Source of the DNA: Candidatus Latescibacterota bacterium | GTDB lineage: Bacteria > Latescibacterota > UBA2968 > UBA8231 | Reading direction: 5' to 3' | Length of the DNA: 64,000 nt | Assembly (NCBI GenBank): GCA_965223905.1 | Contig: CBDCXV010000010.1 | Location: forward strand, 160,001 to 224,000 | Shown: positions 58,363 to 64,000 of the stretch, piece by piece | How positions within the stretch are numbered: position 1 is the first letter of the stretch | Layout of the letters: every line of letters starts with the position of its first letter | Notes under the pieces: model-generated | What the model saw: only the letters and a program-made list of their open reading frames with translations | What the model was told of the DNA's origin: nothing | Databases searched by the model: none | Position numbers and translations under genes: made by a program

Positions 58363-59145
58363 CTACACGCAGCCGGGAAACGAGCGGCCCCGCACCTGGC
58401 GATAGGGGGGCACCCTGGGGGCGTCGGTGACCGACTCGTCCCTTACCGTGGTCGCCCGCATGTAGTGCACGGCGTAGCCGCGCCGGCGCGCCGCCGAACT
58501 GTTGGCGCCGCTGCGGTGCAGGGTGAGGCTGTGGTGAAAGCTGATGCTGCCCGGCTCGAGGGGAGCCGGAACGATCGGCCAGGGATCGCGCCCGAGAAGG
58601 GGGATGTGCGGGGCCAGCTGCTCCCGCTTCATCATGCCCCAGCGATGGGTGCCGGCGGCGAACTCGAGGCAGCCGTTCTCCCGGGTCGCCGCGTCGATGG
58701 CGGTCCAGGCGGTTACCAGGTCCATCGGGAAGAGGTCGCGCCAGGAGGCGGAGTCCTGGTGCCAGGGCTGCGCGCTGCCGGTCTCCGGCCCCTTCATGAA
58801 CAGCTGGTCGGCGTACATCTTGATGTCGCCGGTTCCCAGCAGGTCGGCGGCGATGTCGACGATCCTGTCGTTGGTCGCGTGAGCCCACAGGAAGTCGTCG
58901 TACACGGCGATGTTGTAGAGCTTGCGCACCGCCAGCACCTGGTCGCAGACCTCCCTCTTCCCCTCGCGGAAAACCGGCTCGAGCTGGATGCTGGAATCGG
59001 GAATGTGCGCGGCATTCCCCGAGGCGATCAGGTCGGTCCGTTCCGCCAGCAGGGCGGTTTCCGCGGCCGACAACACGTCCTCGACGACGAGGAAGCCGTC
59101 GCGCCGGAAGGAATCGACCTGCTGCTGCGTCAGACGGCGCGGCAT
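58363..59145 (-). CDS. PhyH-family dioxygenase
   Basis: FRRDGFL, WHQD, ENGCL, LHRSGAN.S..RR motifs. Confidence 0.9.
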   Translation of the reverse strand: MPRRLTQQQVDSFRRDGFLVVEDVLSAAETALLAERTDLIASGNAAHIPDSSIQLEPVFREGKREVCDQVLAVRKLYNIAVYDDFLWAHATNDRIVDIAADLLGTGDIKMYADQLFMKGPETGSAQPWHQDSASWRDLFPMDLVTAWTAIDAATRENGCLEFAAGTHRWGMMKREQLAPHIPLLGRDPWPIVPAPLEPGSISFHHSLTLHRSGANSSAARRRGYAVHYMRATTVRDESVTDAPRVPPYRQVRGRSFPGCV

Positions 59146-59155
59146 TGCCCCAACC

Positions 59156-60418
59156 TCACTTGACGTCGTACACGAGGGCAGGCGTGTCGTGGAAGGCGGC
59201 CTGGGCAACCTCGAGCGCGTGCGACTCGCTCAGCAGGCCCTCCTCGATCATCTCGGACAGGGCGACGGCGAAGTTCCGGCGCGCCATCTTGAGATGGCCG
59301 TACACCACCTCGGCGTGCATGACGTCGTCTCCGAAGGCGATGATCTTGTTGCTCGGCACCATGCGCAGCCACTCCTTGAGGTCGTGCCGGGAACCCTGGG
59401 GCGAGATGATGTGAATCCAGGACATGTTGAGAAAGCAGTTGGGGAAGGTCTTGCCGAGCACCGCCCCTTCCCGCAGGTAGGGGTAGCCGGCGTGCGAGAG
59501 GTCGAAGCGGGCCTCGGGAAAGCTGCGCATCAGCTCGGTGAGGCCCGCCGGGCTGCAGCCCTCCATGCCGCCGAAGTTGCCGGCCCGCATCCCCATGTGA
59601 AACTGGATCGTCAGGCCGGACTCGGCCGCGGCGCGGCAGCACTCGAAGACGAGGTAATCCTCCAGCACGATACCTTCGGGGGTATTGAGTCCGTTGTACT
59701 CCCCGCGCAGGAGCCGGTCGTACACCGCGGCTGCGTCCTCCCGACTGCGCTCGGTGAAATCCATTGCCCGGTGATACGACTGCGACAGCTTGATGCCCGC
59801 CACCACCGCGGCCTTCCAGTCGCCGCACACCTGGCGGATGACGGAGACGTGGTCGTCGAGACTGCCGATGTCGGCCTCGTAGTCCCGCTCGATCGCCTCG
59901 ACGTCGGCGGCCGAGTTCAGCATGCTGAAGCGGTTGAGGCGCGGCAGCCCGAGAAAGAACTCGCGGTCGACCTCGACGAGGTCGTTCATGTTGACGACGG
60001 AGAGCTCGATGTTCGCCCGCGTTTTCAGCACCTCCCGGTACAGCCCCGGCCTGTTGCGGCGCTCCAGCTCCCTTGAGATCCCCTCGACCGTACCGGGGCC
60101 GAGCTCGTCGAAACCGAGCAGGTCGCGGATCCCCTCGGAAATCGCCTGCGAGTACCCGGTGAGCCGGATCGATTTCCACCAGGGCTCGAAGATCTGCCAG
60201 CGCTCCCCCATCGGCCGGCCCGGCTTCAGGGCGGCATCCATCGCCTCTTCGGGCATTCCTGCCGAGCGCAGGTCGGCGCCGGGGTAGGCGTGGCTGAAGA
60301 ATTCGAGGATGTCGGGATTCGCTTTCAGGCGCTCGGCTTCCGGCATCAGGTGGGAGTGCGAGTTTATGCACGGGATGCGGCTGATTTCCTCGAACAGCTG
60401 GTCGGCGAGCGGGTTCAT
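59156..60418 (-). CDS. Amidohydrolase superfamily protein (uronate isomerase-like)
   Basis: INSHSH, QFHMG, SHAGYPY, FGDD motifs. Confidence 0.82.
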   Translation of the reverse strand: MNPLADQLFEEISRIPCINSHSHLMPEAERLKANPDILEFFSHAYPGADLRSAGMPEEAMDAALKPGRPMGERWQIFEPWWKSIRLTGYSQAISEGIRDLLGFDELGPGTVEGISRELERRNRPGLYREVLKTRANIELSVVNMNDLVEVDREFFLGLPRLNRFSMLNSAADVEAIERDYEADIGSLDDHVSVIRQVCGDWKAAVVAGIKLSQSYHRAMDFTERSREDAAAVYDRLLRGEYNGLNTPEGIVLEDYLVFECCRAAAESGLTIQFHMGMRAGNFGGMEGCSPAGLTELMRSFPEARFDLSHAGYPYLREGAVLGKTFPNCFLNMSWIHIISPQGSRHDLKEWLRMVPSNKIIAFGDDVMHAEVVYGHLKMARRNFAVALSEMIEEGLLSESHALEVAQAAFHDTPALVYDVK

Positions 60419-60687
60419 GCTGTCTCCGGTGAGTCTGTCCTGCTCCTTGGCGTGGCTTTCAGGGAATGTAGGAAGATCGGTTGCGGCCATCGACCCGGGA
60501 TTTCGAAGAATTCGGACAGGTGAAGCGAGATCGACAATCGCCACGATCCCGGATTCGACCATTATTGCCAACCGCGTGTAGCGGTTCCGTTTGTATGCAA
60601 TGGTGCTCTCCGACGCCGGGAAGTTCGTTTTTGCGGGAGAAATGGCTGCATGGGGGTCCATGGATTACCCCTCCATAGCCCGGGTGA

Positions 60688-60778
60688 TTTCATTTGTCCG
60701 GTTGTTTCCGTTTTATTTGACCGGTTGTTTTCGTTTCATTTGACCGGTTAAACCTGTTTCATTTGACCGGTCGACCTG
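60688..60778 (+). repeat. Four tandem direct repeats with a 23-bp period, upstream of the AAA/DUF4143 gene
   Basis: TTTCATTTGTCCGGTTGTTTCCG / TTTTATTTGACCGGTTGTTTTCG / TTTCATTTGACCGGTTAAACCTG / TTTCATTTGACCGGTCGACCTG. Confidence 0.92.
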
Positions 60779-60800
60779 CTCGGATGAAGGGAAGGCCATC

Positions 60801-62057
60801 ATGCAGAGCGCATATATCCCGCGAATCGGGGACCGGGAGCTTGCCCGCCGACTGGAGTCCGCCGGCGCCGTGCTGATCGAGGGTCCCAGGGCCTGCGGCA
60901 AGACCGCCATGGCCCGAGAGGTAGCGGCCAGCGAGGTGTTGCTCGACGTCGACGAGAACGCGCGGCGCGCCGCCGCCGTCGATCCGTCCCTGGTATTGGC
61001 CGGGGACAGCCCGCGGCTGATCGACGAATGGCAGATCGAGCCGGGGCTGTGGAACCACGTCCGGCGGGCGGTCGACAGAGGCACGAAACGCGGGCAGTTC
61101 ATCCTGACCGGTTCGGCAGCCCCGGCGGACGACATCACCCGCCATACCGGGGCAGGGCGCATCTCCCGGCTCCGGTTGCACACCATGACCCTGCTGGAAA
61201 TCGGTAATTCCACGGGCGAGGTCTCCCTGCAGAACCTGTTGCAGGGTGGATTCGAGAGCTGCCAGAACCCCGGCCTGTCCTTGCAGGAGGCCGCGGTGCA
61301 GCTGTGCCGAGGGGGTTGGCCAGGCGACCTGGAGCGTTCCGATGCGGCATGCCAGGGCGCCCGCATCGACTACCTCGAGGAGATCCGCCGCGCCGACATC
61401 TCCCGCCCCGATGGAGTCCGGCGCGACCCGGAGAACGTCGGCAGGGTGCTGCGCTCGCTGGCGCGGAACCTGGCGACCCCGGCCAGCGTCCGCACCATCG
61501 CCGCCGATGCCGGTGGCGACCGCGGCCCCCTCGACGTCGACACGGTGAGCGGCTACCTCGACGCCTTGCGCCGCCTGATGGTCTACGAAGAGCAGTCTTC
61601 CTGGTCGCCCCACCTGCGCTCGCGGTCGCTGCTGCGCCGGGCGCCGAAGCGGCATTTCGTCGACCCGTCCCTGGCCGCGGCCGCTCTCGGCGCGACTCCC
61701 GAGCGGCTGCTGGCGGATCTCGAGCTGCTCGGTCTGCTGTTCGAGTCGCTGGCCCACCGCGAGCTCTCCGTGTACGCCCGGGCCTGCGGCGCCTCGGTGT
61801 ATCACTACCGGGACAACACCGGTCTCGAAGTGGATGCAATAGTGGAAACCCCCGGGGGCGACTGGTGCGCCTTCGAGGTAAAACTGGGGGGCGGGCAGAT
61901 CGACGCTGCGGCAGCAGCCCTGCTGAAATTCCGCGACCGCGTGGACGCGGAGAAGACCGGAGTGCCGCAAACCCTCGGGGTGATCGTGAGTTCCGGGTAC
62001 GGGTACCTTCGCGACGACGGAGTGGCCGTAATACCGATCGCCGCCCTGGGACCATGA
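60801..62057 (+). CDS. AAA_14 ATPase with DUF4143 / C-terminal PD-(D/E)xK nuclease-like domain
   Basis: Walker A GPRACGKT, Walker B LIDEWQ, LTGS, GGWP, LFES, EVDAIVE...FEVK. Confidence 0.92.
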   Translation: MQSAYIPRIGDRELARRLESAGAVLIEGPRACGKTAMAREVAASEVLLDVDENARRAAAVDPSLVLAGDSPRLIDEWQIEPGLWNHVRRAVDRGTKRGQFILTGSAAPADDITRHTGAGRISRLRLHTMTLLEIGNSTGEVSLQNLLQGGFESCQNPGLSLQEAAVQLCRGGWPGDLERSDAACQGARIDYLEEIRRADISRPDGVRRDPENVGRVLRSLARNLATPASVRTIAADAGGDRGPLDVDTVSGYLDALRRLMVYEEQSSWSPHLRSRSLLRRAPKRHFVDPSLAAAALGATPERLLADLELLGLLFESLAHRELSVYARACGASVYHYRDNTGLEVDAIVETPGGDWCAFEVKLGGGQIDAAAAALLKFRDRVDAEKTGVPQTLGVIVSSGYGYLRDDGVAVIPIAALGP

Positions 62058-62324
62058 TACGGCAACCGACCGGGATTCTCCCTGCGGGACTTCGGCAGGA
62101 TGGAGGTCGGCCTCGGACCGGTGTCCGATCCTGTCGATTTCACAGGGTGGGCCGGGGGGGTGCGCGTGAGGACCAGGCAGGCGGGAGGGTACGGCAGAAC
62201 CCGGAAACCGTCGGCAAGGCTGCTGCTCTCACTGATGTAACTACCGGCCGAGTCCGCCTTACTGCGGGGGCTGCCCCGGAGATGGACCTGGACGGATACC
62301 GGCAACAGGTGAGATTTTTGGCTC

Positions 62325-64000
62325 ATGATACCTGAGGTCACCCTGACAGGAGGCCGCATTCGCGTCGGCCTCGACGACGAGTTGCGGATGGCGGTCCATC
62401 GGGCCGACGGGCTACCCCTGTGGGAAAGCTCGCGCTTGCGTCCCCCCAGCCTGATAGCCGCGGGCCGCCGCGGCCGCGTCGAGTCCCCCCTCGCCGCGGC
62501 CTCGAACGTCGCTTCCGAATCCTGGGAGGAAGGGCGCTTCCGAGGGCAGCGGCTGCGCCTGGAGGGATACGATGGAGCCGACGTCGTCGTCGGCCTCTTC
62601 CTCGGCATCGACGGGGATGCCGGAGAGCTCCTGGTACAGGTGGAGCAGCTAGGCGGGGACGACACCATCAGCGCCGTTCGCGACCTGTACCGGATCGAGA
62701 AGCCGGTGGGACACGGCGGGTGGATGCTCCTCCCCCACGGCTCCGGGTACCTGATACCGGCCGACTGCAGGGACGAACTGCCGGGCACGGCTCCCCCCGG
62801 CGGCTTCGTGGGAGCCCGCTGGACCCTGCCGCTGTTCGGGCTCGCCGCCGGCGACCGGTCGCTCTGCGCCCTCGTCGATACCTGGTGGGACTGCGACGCC
62901 GCCGCCGAACACATCCCGGGTGAATTCTCGGCGATCAGCTTCAACTGGGAGGCCAGCCTCGGCCGGCTCGCCTACCCGCGGCGGCTGCTCCTGCGGTTCG
63001 CCGGAAAGACCGATTTCACCGGCATGGCGAAATGGTACCGCGGCCACGCCTCGGCGAGCGGTCTGGCGCGCCCCCTGCGGGAAAAGGCGGAGCAGACTCC
63101 GGCGATCCGCGACTACGCCGGCAACGTCCTCTACCGCTGGCCGGCCTGGAACCCCGACGACGGAGTGGCCGTTCTCGAGGACGTGCGCCGCCTTCGCGAC
63201 GACGGAATCGGGATCAACTTCTTCTTCCCCAAGTGGTCGCCGGCCGGGTACTCCCCCGAAGAGGGGAGGCCGACCTCCTGCAGCGCCGGCTGGCAGGCCT
63301 ACCTGCACCCGGACCCGGTTCCCGGCGGCTGGAACACCCTGGTGCGGCTCGAGCGCCGGCTTCACGACCTCGGCTGCCTGGTTCAGGGGTTCGTGAACCC
63401 GGGAATGCAGGTGCCGGAAGGGGCCGCGTACGACCCTGACCGGTACCCCCTCGACGGCGAGGGCAGACGCGGCCGGCTACTCGGCTGCCGGGACGCCGTC
63501 GAGCGCATGGGGATGATCTTCGACTCGCTGGAGCACCACGGTCTCGACCTGGATGCGATGTACTTCGACGGCTTCGCCGCTCACGCCGGCCTGCCCGAGG
63601 ATTTCTCGCCGCCGCACCGGATGACGCGGCGCGGCAACATCGAGGCGGAAACCGCCTGTTTCGCCGAGACCCGGCGCCGCGGCCTCATGCCCGGGGCCGA
63701 GGTCGCCCGTTTCTGGGCCATCGGGGAGTGCGATTTCTTCTTCTTCACCGACTGGGCCGGCGACCGGCTGGCGAACGAGCCCAGCCAGGGCTGCTCCGCC
63801 CCGGCCGGCCGGCCGGTGCCCCTTTTCCAGCTCGTCTTCCACGACTGCTTCATGGCCGGCTTCTCCGGGGGCGGGTACACCGCCTACGCCAAGGGGTACG
63901 ACTGGTGGAAAGACCGCACCCCGCGTCTCTACGAGCTGATGTACGCCTCCGCCCCGTCGTACAACTGGCTCCCCTACCCCGTCGTGCCGATGGCCAACTG
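62325..64000 (+). CDS. Putative glycoside hydrolase (DUF5696 / GH129-GH101-like), runs off the window
   Basis: Open frame from the ATG at 62325 (manual translation): LP.GSGYLIP, MAKWYR, GGW..L, YFD, EDF, M TRR, GAE, VPLFQLVFHD motifs. Confidence 0.7.
   Translation, partial: MIPEVTLTGGRIRVGLDDELRMAVHRADGLPLWESSRLRPPSLIAAGRRGRVESPLAAASNVASESWEEGRFRGQRLRLEGYDGADVVVGLFLGIDGDAGELLVQVEQLGGDDTISAVRDLYRIEKPVGHGGWMLLPHGSGYLIPADCRDELPGTAPPGGFVGARWTLPLFGLAAGDRSLCALVDTWWDCDAAAEHIPGEFSAISFNWEASLGRLAYPRRLLLRFAGKTDFTGMAKWYRGHASASGLARPLREKAEQTPAIRDYAGNVLYRWPAWNPDDGVAVLEDVRRLRDDGIGINFFFPKWSPAGYSPEEGRPTSCSAGWQAYLHPDPVPGGWNTLVRLERRLHDLGCLVQGFVNPGMQVPEGAAYDPDRYPLDGEGRRGRLLGCRDAVERMGMIFDSLEHHGLDLDAMYFDGFAAHAGLPEDFSPPHRMTRRGNIEAETACFAETRRRGLMPGAEVARFWAIGECDFFFFTDWAGDRLANEPSQGCSAPAGRPVPLFQLVFHDCFMAGFSGGGYTAYAKGYDWWKDRTPRLYELMYASAPSYNWLPYPVVPMAN

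Noticed and set aside
60688-60778. Direct repeats read as a mini CRISPR array
   Set aside because: Variable parts are only 7-8 bp and similar to each other, too short for spacers; no cas genes in the window.

Overview
High-GC bacterial chromosomal region. A relic of the sponge-symbiont sup polyketide locus, nine PhyH-family dioxygenases and FlgD-Ig-tailed secreted proteins suggest a marine sponge symbiont, possibly Latescibacterota/Gemmatimonadota-like (inference). Contents: a circularly permuted ATP-grasp/alpha-E/transglutaminase operon; a signalling cluster (REC-PP2C phosphatase, periplasmic binding protein, histidine kinase) followed by a Tsx-like channel and an NCS2 permease fused to a degenerate RsbW-like domain; many sugar and small-molecule catabolic enzymes; a tandem family of exported proteins with constant ends and variable middles; a low-GC island with nested IS elements and a large Vps62/NLP-motif secreted protein; two families of short dispersed MITE-like elements; and an AAA+/DUF4143 ATPase-nuclease gene preceded by four phased 23-bp direct repeats. 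Many genes are broken by internal deletions, stops or single-base indels; some indels sit in homopolymers and may be assembly errors. No rRNA, convincing tRNA or CRISPR array was seen. All family calls come from reading motifs by eye, not from database searches.
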